A stretch of 64,000 nt of DNA. Origin: Candidatus Bathyarchaeota archaeon (GTDB lineage Archaea > Thermoproteota > Bathyarchaeia > Bathyarchaeales > Bathycorpusculaceae). Position 1 is the first letter of the stretch. Each line of letters opens with the position of its first letter. Made by a program: the position numbers and the translations under genes. The notes under the pieces were generated by a model that was given only the letters and a program-made list of their open reading frames with translations, was not told the origin of the DNA and made no database searches. This document shows positions 31,082 through 41,175 of this stretch, piece after piece. Location of the stretch: positions 1 to 64,000 of the forward strand of contig CAVRFW010000001.1 of assembly GCA_963720565.1 (NCBI GenBank), given 5' to 3'.

Positions 31082-32643
31082 ACAGTGCTTTCGAGAAAGG
31101 GTTCTTGATTGCCTAAGGGTTTTTGAGGCATTCCAAGCTTCCAGAAGGCTTGTTTTAGCTGTTCACCGCGTTTTCGCCCGTAGTAGTAGCCAGCCACCTT
31201 TGCTAGAGAGGGAATCGCTACATTGTTGATTGCTTTGAAGAGTAGGGGGTTAGAGTACCTGTTTGCGAGGAACGTGTTGCGCCAGATCTTAATATTGTAT
31301 TCCCAGCATCGGAGGAAGAAGTCCCAGCGGACCCTGGAAAGTGAATCCAGTTCTGCGCCTTTTTTGTTCATGAGAACACAGTTTTCCAATGGCACAAAGA
31401 AAAGAGGAACGTAGAACGCGTTGTAGTCTTTCAGTGAATCCATCAACTCAAGGGTGTCTAGAACATCTTCTTCTTTTTCGTCGGGAAGCCCAATGATTAG
31501 AGTAGCCAATGGATACCAATTGTTGTCGTTCAGAATACCAAAGGCTTCAGCCACTATTTCCGGCCACTGTTCAGGCTTATAAGGGAGCATCTTGCCAGTC
31601 ATATACTTCCTCATCAATCGGGTACTGCCTGTTTCAATACCGGTTTCTGCCGTAACTATAGCTTTCCCGCCGTGAGAGTACCAGCTGCGTTTGATAAGGA
31701 TCTCGGACAGGTCTTTTACCATGCCGGGATTGCAGACGACAGGTGTCAGGGACATGTGTGAGGCTTGAATGCTTTCTACTCCAGGATGTTCCGCAACGGT
31801 TCTCGTCAGTTTCACGACCGCTTCTTTGTTTGGGATGAAACTTTGGTCTCTTGCGCCGTAAAGGAACAAGTCCTCAGTTACAAGGGTTATGTGGGCGCAA
31901 CCCTCTGAGGTTGAGATTTTCACTTCATCCATTATTCGGTCCAGGGGCACATCTACTTTCTTCTGCATGGTCGGTGTGCAAAACTGGCAGTTGCGACCGC
32001 ATCCTTTGGAAATTTCGATTGCTCCGTGGATGGCCGCGTGCTTTGTTAAGGGCGTATCATAACCGTTGTTCTTTACCTCGGGAAGTTCAATGCGGATAAC
32101 GCTAGGGAGATTTTCTCCGTTTACGGCTTTTCCAAAAACCTCTATTATTGCATCTATCCTAGTGCCTATGACCACGCAGTCTATCCCGAGGCTTTTTGCA
32201 GCATTATTTCGTTCCAATTGCCAAGAGCCAAAACCCCCAACTATGATTTTTGGCTTAAACCGTTTGATGGCGGGGTTAGTCAAGAGTTTTCTGAACTCAA
32301 TCGCGTTCATCGGTTCGCCTCCGCCTATGATGGAAGAGTAAGTCTTGCTGACGTAACCCATTCCCGTGGGGTCCATCGAAGAAATTCCAATTGCTTTTGT
32401 GTCAGGTCCTATGAAAGTATCTAAATCCTGAGGGTGGACGACGGCAACTTCAGATTCGCTGTAACCGTGATTCAGGAGGGTTGCCTCGACCTTCCTGAGT
32501 CCGTATGGTGCGTATCTTGCTCTGCCGTCGATTGTGCGGTCACCAGCGGGATAAAGGTATCGTCTCACGTATCGTAAAGGAAAGGGGCCTTTGCCGAAGC
32601 CCGCCACGAAGGCCATGAATGGATTGTTCTCGTAGTCACTCAT
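31078..32643 (-). CDS. Radical SAM protein with B12-binding-like N-terminal domain (frame open some way upstream of the ATG)
   Basis: APYGLRKVEA, IIVGG, KGCGRNCQFC, GIETGS, IIGLP. Confidence 0.88.
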   Translation of the reverse strand: MSDYENNPFMAFVAGFGKGPFPLRYVRRYLYPAGDRTIDGRARYAPYGLRKVEATLLNHGYSESEVAVVHPQDLDTFIGPDTKAIGISSMDPTGMGYVSKTYSSIIGGGEPMNAIEFRKLLTNPAIKRFKPKIIVGGFGSWQLERNNAAKSLGIDCVVIGTRIDAIIEVFGKAVNGENLPSVIRIELPEVKNNGYDTPLTKHAAIHGAIEISKGCGRNCQFCTPTMQKKVDVPLDRIMDEVKISTSEGCAHITLVTEDLFLYGARDQSFIPNKEAVVKLTRTVAEHPGVESIQASHMSLTPVVCNPGMVKDLSEILIKRSWYSHGGKAIVTAETGIETGSTRLMRKYMTGKMLPYKPEQWPEIVAEAFGILNDNNWYPLATLIIGLPDEKEEDVLDTLELMDSLKDYNAFYVPLFFVPLENCVLMNKKGAELDSLSRVRWDFFLRCWEYNIKIWRNTFLANRYSNPLLFKAINNVAIPSLAKVAGYYYGRKRGEQLKQAFWKLGMPQKPLGNQEPFLESTV

Positions 32644-32918
32644 CTCAGTGGCTGGAGCAGTGAGGACAATTTTGACGCCTGATCCCGTTGTATTTTCTCT
32701 CCGAACTATTTCACTTAAACAGAAAACAAGAAGTATCGAACTGGCTTATTATAAATTGCGTACGACAAATGTTCAGAAATCCTAAGTGTATCTTATTGCA
32801 ACATAAACAAAGACTTGCTTCATAACGCACGCGGTCTTATTATGCACTGCAACAGCTAAAACAGCGATTTTCTTGGCGCGTACTCGACGCCTTTTCGCTT
32901 TCTTCTCCTTCTGCGTGC

Positions 32919-33125
32919 TTAGTTGGAAACGTCTCTTTCCAACAAAGCGCAGTAGGTCAACCATTCATTACCTTGATCTAGACTCGCTATATTGAAAAAC
33001 TTGACGATCCACCCGTCCTTTGAAAGTTGTTTGATTTCTTCGAAAAACTCCTTAAAAGCAACAGGATCGCCTTTTTTGAGAAGATAGCTCGACACTGGCT
33101 TGGAAACTGATTTGTATTCCTTCAT
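32919..33125 (-). CDS. Small DUF4177-like hypothetical protein
   Basis: MKEYK..LSKDGW..ALLERD pattern; GTGGTGA-like RBS upstream. Confidence 0.6.
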   Translation of the reverse strand: MKEYKSVSKPVSSYLLKKGDPVAFKEFFEEIKQLSKDGWIVKFFNIASLDQGNEWLTYCALLERDVSN

Positions 33126-33610
33126 TTTTCACCACAATTTTTAGTGTTGCTCACAGGTATTTACTCACAGCAACGCTATTTCTTCGCAAAAATTTATGAT
33201 TTATTAATTTTCAAACAATATTGCAGAACACACTTTTCCTCGCGCTAGCGAAGCGCAAAAACCAGTAAGAACTTGCTAGAAAGGACCTTTTAATCAAACC
33301 TGAACCATGGACAACTATGAAAAATGATCTTCTTGTGACGAAGCAATGATCTAAGAGCAAAACTGTGTTCGCTCGTATACAAAAGCATCGACGAAACACA
33401 CTTGAAAAAAGGTCTACTCATGGAAAAACTCTGAACAAAGAATTATCAGAAAAGGTCTCTTAGCAAGTTATCATGCGCTAATGAAAAATAGTCCATGGAT
33501 GAAAAAGGACGGGAAAAAGTGGGGAGAAAAGGCTAAATGGTTTTTGAAGCAAAAACCGGTCTTCGTTCGAGAATTGAATAAGCGGCGCACCTTATAGCTA
33601 TTCCCTTGCA

Positions 33611-33678
33611 TTGCCGTCCGAGTAACTCTGAACTTTCATCCTTGATTGTCAAGCTAATGCCTTTTCATCATCCGGCAA
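33611..33678 (-). ncRNA. Box C/D sRNA (dual-guide 2'-O-methylation guide for 23S rRNA)
   Basis: Minus strand reads TTGCCG-G-ATGATGA(C)-AAAGGCATTAGC-TTGA(D')-CAATCA-AGGATGA(C')-AAGTTCAGAGTTACT-CGGA(D)-CGGCAA, with a 6-bp terminal stem. The guides are complementary to conserved LSU rRNA segments AGUAACUCUGA and AAUGCCUU. Confidence 0.8.
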
Positions 33679-33784
33679 GAAGTATTTAACTTGAACAAAA
33701 ATAAAAGCGTTCTTAGCGCACTCTGGCTACTGCAGCTTGTCCTATGATTGTTCCCTGAAAGGCCATCGCTAGAGGATTGTGCTT

Positions 33785-36598
33785 TTAGTGCTTCAGCTGG
33801 TTTCTAATGTGTTCCATTGCTGCTTTTGCGGCGTCGGATAGTCTTTTTGTTTGTGTTCCTCCAGCTTGTGCGAAGTTTGGTTTTCCGCCTCCGCCGCCCT
33901 CGATTATCGGGGAGATTGCCGCGACGATCTCGTTGGCGTTTACTCCTTTCTTGACTGCTTCTTTTCCCGCGTTGATGATTATGCGGGCTGTTTTTCCGTC
34001 TGTCCCGTAGAACAAAGTGACCGTTGTATCGTTATGTTTTATCATCTCGTTTGACGTTTGAACCATCCGGTTGATGTCGACGTCTTCTCCGAAGTCGCGT
34101 TTCACGAGCGTGATGCCTTCTATTTCTTGCGTTGCTTCAGAATTGTTTGCCTGATCCAGAGGCTGGCTCTCTTTCGACGCCAATTCTTTGATTAGTCTTC
34201 GTTTTTCGGTGTTGGTGTCTTTAAGTTCCTTGACTATTCTTTCGGCGGTCTTGTCAAGTTTCTCGACTGGCGCGTTTAGGGTTTCTGCTACCTTCCAGAG
34301 CAGGCTTTCTTGCTCTTGCACCTTTTTTAGCGCTTGAAGCCCTACTGCGTAGCCAAGGCGCTCTACGCCGTCTTGGACGCGTTCTGTGTAGACTATTTTG
34401 AGAAAGCCTATTTCGCCAGTTCGCTTCAAATGTGTTCCGCCGCATGCTTCTAGGTCCCAATCGCCGGTTTTAACCACTCGAATATCTTTTCCGGGCACTG
34501 CTCCACCCTGATATAGTCTGAATCCGTACCGTGATTCGGCCTCGTTTCGAAGCATCCATGAGGTTTCGACCGGCATGTCAGCAAGCACTGCTTGATTGGC
34601 TAGAGACTCAATCTCGTGTGTTTCTTGGGGCGTTAGTCGTCGGTAGTGAGAGATGTCTAGGCGAGAGGTTTGCACAGCTTTCTGTGCTCCATGTTGCCAG
34701 ACGTGTTCGCCTAAAACGCGTCTAGCAGCTCCGTTAACCAGGTGCGTGGCAGTATGGGCCTTCATCAGAGCGTAACGTTTGTCCCAATCCAGAACACCCT
34801 TAACGCTTGCGAGTTCTTTAGGCACTGAATTAGCCTTTACTTTGTGAACGATGGTTCTGCCGACCCTTTGCACGTCAATAACCTCAGCCTTCACATTGCC
34901 ATAGACAAGGTGCCCGTGATCGGCGGGTTGTCCACCTCCCTCGGGGTAAAAGCATGTTCGATCCAGAACAACATATTCATTGTCTATAACCTTCAGGACC
35001 TTGGCGTTAAACTCTGCGGTATAAGCGTTTTCATAGTACATCTTTTCGGTCTGGGGCAGTTTTTCGACGGCTGCTTCAAGATTTTCTTTAGCTTTGGTTT
35101 CTTCCTCTTCCATCGGCTTGTTTGCATGCATGTGCCTCTTAGCCACTAGTGCATAGAAGTTTTCGGGGATATCCACTTTAACGCCTTCTGCTTCGGCAAC
35201 CTGCTTGACGATTTCTGGCGGAAGACCATGTGAATCATACAGTTCTGACAGGACCGATTCGGGAATTTGAGCGCCCTTTTTCGTTTTGAGGTCGATTGCC
35301 AGTCGCTTGATCATTCCCTCGCCTCTTTTCAGGGTTTCCCCGAATTTTTCCTGTTCTACCTTTAACATTTCTATGATTTCGTCGCGCATGGTTTTGATTT
35401 GTGGATAGTCTCTTGACCACAAGGCAACTTGCATGTCGACTATATCGTAAAGTTTGTCTGGTTCTATGTGCAGGTTTCGGAGCAGACGGTAGACCCGGCG
35501 GAACAGCAGTCTTGCTAAATAGCCTTCTTGGATGTTTGAAGGCACAACACCTTCGGAGAGAATGAAGCTTAAGCATTTAGTGTGGTCCGCCACTGCAAAG
35601 GCATTTTCAATTGGAATCAGAATTTTGTCCAATTCTTCTAAGGGCATCTTGATGAGTTTAGCTACTTGGGTTCTTGCATCTTGCCGGTTGGCGTTTTTGT
35701 CAACACTCACCAAGCCAGAGTACTTAGCCACTTTAAACAGCAGGTCATTGTCAATTTTGGTCAATCCAGCCATTTTGAAGACGTTGTCGAGCAGGCTTCC
35801 GTAGACAGCGTGGAAACAGCTCGGAACTCCCTGAGAAAGCCAGGCAAATCGGTCCAAACCATAGCCTGTGTCAACCGTGCGAATAGGCAGTTTAACAAAC
35901 TCGTCATTAACGACCTTGTACTGCATAAAAACCAAGGTTGCAACTTCTAACCCGCCTACGATGCACTCCACGTCTGGTCCGGCGTTTCCCCCGCCTACCC
36001 AAACGTCCTCTTTGTACGTTACATCTTCAGATTTTACTCCCAACACTTCGGTAACGAACTCGTGATGATACCTAGTCGTTTGGTCTTTCCAATAGACTTC
36101 TTTGCCGGGATAATTGAAGGCGTGATGCCCACCCATCTCAAAAATGGTCAAGTGTCTTCCAAATGTTGGTCCAGTATTTGAAATATCAACCAGTCTAATG
36201 CAAGGCTGTGCAATAACTAGGGGGTTTGCTGGAGGAGGAGAAATCCCTTCCGTTACGTAAGGTTGGAAGTCAATTATGCTCGCGTGAGTTAAGTAGATGT
36301 CGCTTCGCCACCTTGCGACCACAGGGTATGGCTTGACCCTGGTGTGATCATGTTTCTCAAAAAATGATAGAAAAGTTTCCCTCATCTCGGGAAGACTGTA
36401 ACGAGTTCTGGTCGGCGGATTTGCAAGGAAAGTGTAGCTTGCACATCCTTCCGAGGTGGATTCGCCGCATGTCTCCTGTTCAGTGTTTTGAGTCCAGTAG
36501 TATTCTTTGCATTTTGGGCAGAGTTTCCTGACGAATCCCTGTTCCTTGAAGAAAGACAGCGAGTATTCTTCAGACGGAAATCGTTTCAAATTGTTCAA
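33785..36598 (-). CDS. alaS: Alanine--tRNA ligase (archaeal type)
   Basis: HASIIDFQP, QPCIR, DTGYGLDR, HTATH, EACGGTH, GGGGGKPNFAQ. Confidence 0.97.
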   Translation of the reverse strand: MNNLKRFPSEEYSLSFFKEQGFVRKLCPKCKEYYWTQNTEQETCGESTSEGCASYTFLANPPTRTRYSLPEMRETFLSFFEKHDHTRVKPYPVVARWRSDIYLTHASIIDFQPYVTEGISPPPANPLVIAQPCIRLVDISNTGPTFGRHLTIFEMGGHHAFNYPGKEVYWKDQTTRYHHEFVTEVLGVKSEDVTYKEDVWVGGGNAGPDVECIVGGLEVATLVFMQYKVVNDEFVKLPIRTVDTGYGLDRFAWLSQGVPSCFHAVYGSLLDNVFKMAGLTKIDNDLLFKVAKYSGLVSVDKNANRQDARTQVAKLIKMPLEELDKILIPIENAFAVADHTKCLSFILSEGVVPSNIQEGYLARLLFRRVYRLLRNLHIEPDKLYDIVDMQVALWSRDYPQIKTMRDEIIEMLKVEQEKFGETLKRGEGMIKRLAIDLKTKKGAQIPESVLSELYDSHGLPPEIVKQVAEAEGVKVDIPENFYALVAKRHMHANKPMEEEETKAKENLEAAVEKLPQTEKMYYENAYTAEFNAKVLKVIDNEYVVLDRTCFYPEGGGQPADHGHLVYGNVKAEVIDVQRVGRTIVHKVKANSVPKELASVKGVLDWDKRYALMKAHTATHLVNGAARRVLGEHVWQHGAQKAVQTSRLDISHYRRLTPQETHEIESLANQAVLADMPVETSWMLRNEAESRYGFRLYQGGAVPGKDIRVVKTGDWDLEACGGTHLKRTGEIGFLKIVYTERVQDGVERLGYAVGLQALKKVQEQESLLWKVAETLNAPVEKLDKTAERIVKELKDTNTEKRRLIKELASKESQPLDQANNSEATQEIEGITLVKRDFGEDVDINRMVQTSNEMIKHNDTTVTLFYGTDGKTARIIINAGKEAVKKGVNANEIVAAISPIIEGGGGGKPNFAQAGGTQTKRLSDAAKAAMEHIRNQLKH

Positions 36599-36972
36599 GC
36601 ACTCCGTTCACAAATGTCGATTTTTCGAGACTTTAATGGGATTACGAGGTTCACGGATTTAAACGGTATCCCTGAAATTGGTGTTGTCACCCGCGCACAC
36701 AATTCCATTTTTCTCTTTTTGAAAGCGTGCATCGAAAAAATTTGAAAAGATAAAATATGATATGTATTAGGTGGACTTTCTGAGAATACTTGAGGAAGAA
36801 AATAACCCACAGAAAGAAAACCAGCATGAGTGCAGTTTCTGCAATCGAAAATTTGAAACTGAATTAGAACTTATAACACATAAAAAGGAACGACATGCCG
36901 TCGTCTAGCGCGCATAACACTATTTTCGCTGGTTCAACTTTTTCATCTCGAGATTGGCTTTTATCGATTTTT

Positions 36973-38302
36973 CTATGGAGAGTGCCAGTTTGTAATCATA
37001 TGTTTCTCTGAAGCGTCGTGTTTTTCCAGTCCGTAACGTCTAAGTGGTTTGGTCAGATGCCTTTGGGAACGCGTTGAAGTAATGTACAACCCAGTTTTTA
37101 CTCCTCTGTCGCAAGCTATAGCCACTTTAGTTTTATCAGCAGTTTTCGTTCCGCATCTTTCGCATCGAAAACCTTTGTCTCTGCCCGTTGATTTCATTCG
37201 TTTTTTGCATGTGGGACAGGGCGGGTTCTTGAGTTCGGCGATTGGTGCTAAGGCTGTAATGTTGATTTTCTCAAGATTAATTGTCAAACGATTGCTCGGT
37301 GAAGAAGTCTTGCGAACTGCTCCATATGCTTCTACGGTGTCGCCAATCATGAGGTTTCTCGCGGTTCTCCTGAGATCTCCGGTTGGTTCATACGCCGCGC
37401 AGTCAACTTCTCCGGTGCCGTCTTTGATGGAAAATATTACGTGGCGTAGGGGAACTATTTTGGGGTTCTGTGAAACTTGACCTCTGGCGATGACAGAGCT
37501 GTATTCTTCTATTCGTTTCAGGGAAGTTGCGGGTTTGAGGTGCGCATCTGTGCCTTGGTTGCTGCGGAAAATAAGCCATCTTTCGATAGGTTCTAGAGGC
37601 TTTATGAGTTCGAAAGCCCTCTTAACTATCTCGGGGGTTTCGCCTCTTATTCCGAAGAGTATAGGGTCTGGACCTCTTGGAGTAATTATTACTCTCTTCT
37701 TTTCGTAGTCTACGTTGTTGAAAGTGTAGGGTTGCGTCGACAGGTCCATCGAGAAAATGGAGGCATCATCGACTTTTCTTTTTGTTCCATAGTTTTCTGG
37801 TGTACGGTAAGCTATGAGCTCATAAGTGTAGTCGCTTTCAAGTGTTGAGCCAACGGCGGCTAAGGCCCCGATTATTCCTCTGCAGTTGTTGAAACCAAAA
37901 CATTCTCCACCGTTTTTCATGATTATTTCTCTTGCTTCTTTCAGCGTGACGATGCTTGTGGTGGCTTTCTCAGAGAATGTTCTTATGTCTTCTGGAATTT
38001 CATCTCTTTTAAGGAACACCATTCCAGGGTTGGTGCCCTTTGATGAAAGATCAGCTTGTTCCTCTACTAGATTTATGGTCTCTTCTTTTATCCTGTTCTC
38101 AATTGATCCGTCAAATTCCACTCTCATCGCCAAGGCACCGTTGCCTCGGGTTTTCCAAGGCACGTTAGGGTTTAATCTTATTAGGTGTGGGTAGTCGAGA
38201 AGTTTAACGCCTAGTGTTCGATAGCTTTTGCATGAGGACAGCTGCAAGGTAGGTTGTACAGCCCTTTCTGGTTGAATCCGTATCGTCTAGCCCAATGTGC
38301 AT
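36973..38302 (-). CDS. tiaS: tRNA(Ile2) 2-agmatinylcytidine synthetase, frameshifts near the 5' end
   Basis: MHIGLDDTDS..GCTTY (shifted frames), IRLNPNVPWKTRGN, GPDPILFGIRG, SNQGTDAH, Zn ribbon, RHLTKP. Confidence 0.92.
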
Positions 38303-38398
38303 TATCTGCCTTTTTTCCAAATGGCACTTTTCTCCGTTTGGTTTAGGAAATGATGTTAGAAAGGTCGCGCGAGAGAAGGAAAAAATAGGTGGGGAAAT

Positions 38399-38635
38399 TT
38401 ATCGTTCTTCTACAACAATCATCGTTAGCGTGGATCGGACCTTGTCAAGACGTCTAATGCGCCAAGTTACTATTTCCTTGAGTTTATCCATTGTGTCAGC
38501 TTTGACTCTTGCGACAATATCGTAAACGCCATAGACTGCAGATGCCTCTTCAACACCTTCGACTTTTTTCAGGTCTTTAAGAACGTCTGTTTCTGAACCT
38601 ATTTCGGTGTTTATCAACACAAATGCTGTTGGCAT
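38399..38635 (-). CDS. Stand-alone Lrp/AsnC ligand-binding domain protein
   Basis: AFVLIN..VYGVYDIVARV..IRRLDKVRSTLTMIV. Confidence 0.9.
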   Translation of the reverse strand: MPTAFVLINTEIGSETDVLKDLKKVEGVEEASAVYGVYDIVARVKADTMDKLKEIVTWRIRRLDKVRSTLTMIVVEER

Positions 38636-38815
38636 GACTGACTCCTCTAAGTACTGTTGTTTGCAATACATTAAAATGTTTTTGCTAATCAGCTCTTAGA
38701 CGAGCATGGGAGGATCACCGGATGGTTTGGTTTGTGACATGCAATTTTGCGTTACCTTTTCTTTTCGGCTTAAATAATAGGACAGACCAAAAAGCATAGG
38801 GAACGTGGCGATATC

Positions 38816-39610
38816 ATGAGTTTGCGTGTAAATTCCGAATACGAAAAGTTGCTTCCCAAGATGACCGAGGAAGAGTTTGAGGCCCTGAAAAGCTCAATCA
38901 GAGAAGAAGGACAGCATTACGCAATTATTGTTAATGAAGACCTTGAGGTTTTGGATGGGCATCACAGATTTAGGGCTTGCACCGAATTGGATGTGGAGCC
39001 TGATTTTGAGGTGCGCAAGTTTGATGACAAACTACTTGAGAAAAAGTTTGTTATAGAAGCGAATTTGAGGCGACGACATTTGAGTAACTTTCAGCTCGTC
39101 GAGTTGGGTGTGCCACTGTTGGAGATTGAAAAGCAGTTGGCGAAGAAGAGGCAGATTGAAGGAGGAAAAACGGGTCGAAATCTTCAATTGGGGTTTGCGC
39201 CAGATGACGCTAAGCCCATTCTAAAGAGCAAGGCAACTGAAGCAGTGGCTAAGAAGGTCGGTGTTTCAACGCGCACTTTTGAGAGAGGCAAGAAGATCCT
39301 GGAGCAGGCAAGCGAAGAGGACAAGCAAATGCTGCGTGAAGGAAAAACCAGCATATCAAAAGTCTACAGCGAACTAGTCACACCGGGGCAATCATTAGCC
39401 CGGGAAAAGGGTGATATTATCGCTCAAAAACCCGTCCCCGATCCTCTTCTGGAACAGAACAAGATTGCGATATCATCAATTCTGGAAAGTCTACGAGAGA
39501 GAAGATTGTTTTGCACTTCATGCAGAAATGAGATGCTTGAGTGCAGCAAGTGCCACAAGTCCTTAGAAGACATGTTAGCACTAAATCTGGAAGGAAAATA
39601 CTCTGAGTAA
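38816..39610 (+). CDS. ParB/Srx N-terminal domain protein with HTH and C-terminal Zn-finger-like motif
   Basis: LKSSIREEG, LDGHHRFRAC, NLRRRHL, VAKKVGVSTRT, CTSC..CSKC. Confidence 0.85.
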   Translation: MSLRVNSEYEKLLPKMTEEEFEALKSSIREEGQHYAIIVNEDLEVLDGHHRFRACTELDVEPDFEVRKFDDKLLEKKFVIEANLRRRHLSNFQLVELGVPLLEIEKQLAKKRQIEGGKTGRNLQLGFAPDDAKPILKSKATEAVAKKVGVSTRTFERGKKILEQASEEDKQMLREGKTSISKVYSELVTPGQSLAREKGDIIAQKPVPDPLLEQNKIAISSILESLRERRLFCTSCRNEMLECSKCHKSLEDMLALNLEGKYSE

Positions 39611-39660
39611 AAACAGTTCTGAATAGTAGGATAGGGCGCTCGCCTCTTGCAGCCTTGCGG

Positions 39661-39921
39661 CTATTTCTGGGCTGAACTTTGGTTTTCAAGCGCATATGTT
39701 CGATGTTCTTGTATGCCAGTGTAGATGAAGACCGCCGATAATGTGATTGAAATCAGAATAAGAGGTATTGTGTAATCTCGGTACGGATAGATTATCGCGG
39801 GTTCAACCGTGCCAATAGAAACCTCGTATGAGTATGCCCAGTACAATGCCACTAGTGAAAGGAACAAGCATAGAAAAGATAGATATCTTGTCTTTCCCCA
39901 GACTTTGGATCTTGTTGGCAT
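39661..39921 (-). CDS. Small two-TM membrane protein
   Basis: Two hydrophobic segments flanking YPYRDY. Confidence 0.55.
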   Translation of the reverse strand: MPTRSKVWGKTRYLSFLCLFLSLVALYWAYSYEVSIGTVEPAIIYPYRDYTIPLILISITLSAVFIYTGIQEHRTYALENQSSAQK

Positions 39922-40429
39922 AGTTTTTTAAAATCGCAAGGGGTTATTTATCCTTGTAAATCCAGAAGGCGGGATTGCGAGTTTTCATGTCTTGACCTTC
40001 TTGCCGGATTGAACCGTAGACATTCCAGAATTCGTCGTCGGTGAGTCTCTCCTGTTTCCTCAGTTTGTCAGCTACCGCGGTCGCTTCTTCCTTGAGTGTT
40101 GTTTTTCCTTTTTGAGAAAGAACTTGAATTAATCTTTCTTTGAATGAAACCTTCTCTATCTCCTATACGTGTTTCAGATGGACGCAGAGAGCATATAAGG
40201 AAGGTTCCATTAAGGTAATATTTCCTGAGTTGGAACGTCTTTTCTTTTGTTTTTCCTGCAGGTACATTATAGAGAGCTGCGAAAAGAATTTACGGTTTAT
40301 TCTTAACTTTGATGCGATGAAAGTTCGCCATTGATCCAAGCTTCTGATAGATCAGAGATTGTTTGGATTGAGTTTTGGGGGGAAAGAATCAGGTTCGAAA
40401 AGAGTTATTACCATATCTGAAACTAAATA

Positions 40430-41137
40430 TTGGCAAAGATGCTGGGAGCTTTGTCAGAAGCCAACTGTAATCTCGCTTTCAAAAGCGCTGCAGCGGTTGT
40501 TGTTTTAGGTTTGGTCCTTTTCCAAGTTAATCCTAGCGTATTTGCTCAGACCTCAACAGCTTTTACGTCTGCAGACCGGTTCACTATTCCATCACGCAAC
40601 GGGATTATCGGTTTTGCAACAAACGGAACCTATGCAAATGCAAGGTTGGAAAACGACACTTGGTATTTTACAGACTTGCGACTAAACAGTTCGCAACCAC
40701 TTAAGATGTTCGAGATTTTGGCCGAGAACTCTAACGTGACCGTTTTTGCTCATTTGTCTTTCGATTATCTTAGGAGACTTTCGGTTTTAGCATATTATGT
40801 TGAAGGCCAGGGTATGCAAACCGTCAATATTGGAATTGAGCCTAGGGAAGACGAGGGGGGTTTGAATGCTGAGTGGAGTGTTCTCTTCAATGATGTTTTT
40901 ATGGGTGAAGGGGATGGATGGAGTATTGCTCGGGATGGCACAATAACGGTTACTGGAGCTATTGGCAACGTTACGATCATATACTATTCTATTGAAGGCG
41001 GAAGCAGCGCGGACTTGCCTTTCTTTGAGCAGCACTCAATAGTATTCTTAACGGGGGCTGCGGTGGCTGTAACAATGACCGCGGCAGTTTTGGTTAAAGT
41101 GAAAAACAAGAAGCAATCGGAACAAGGTGAGGGGTGA
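40430..41137 (+). CDS. Secreted/surface hypothetical protein with C-terminal membrane anchor
   Basis: Signal-like N-terminus, several NxS/T sites, C-terminal TM helix plus KVKNKK. Confidence 0.65.
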   Translation: MAKMLGALSEANCNLAFKSAAAVVVLGLVLFQVNPSVFAQTSTAFTSADRFTIPSRNGIIGFATNGTYANARLENDTWYFTDLRLNSSQPLKMFEILAENSNVTVFAHLSFDYLRRLSVLAYYVEGQGMQTVNIGIEPREDEGGLNAEWSVLFNDVFMGEGDGWSIARDGTITVTGAIGNVTIIYYSIEGGSSADLPFFEQHSIVFLTGAAVAVTMTAAVLVKVKNKKQSEQGEG

Positions 41138-41175
41138 TTATAGCCTATTTACAGTAGCATTAGTCGGAAATAGGC

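Noticed and set aside
33211..33399. 62-aa ORF in the long intergenic region
   Set aside because: Composition is not protein-like and no RBS or motif is evident.
33715..33783. Fluoride riboswitch (GCGATGG on the minus strand)
   Set aside because: The downstream conserved elements are missing and no fluoride-related gene follows.
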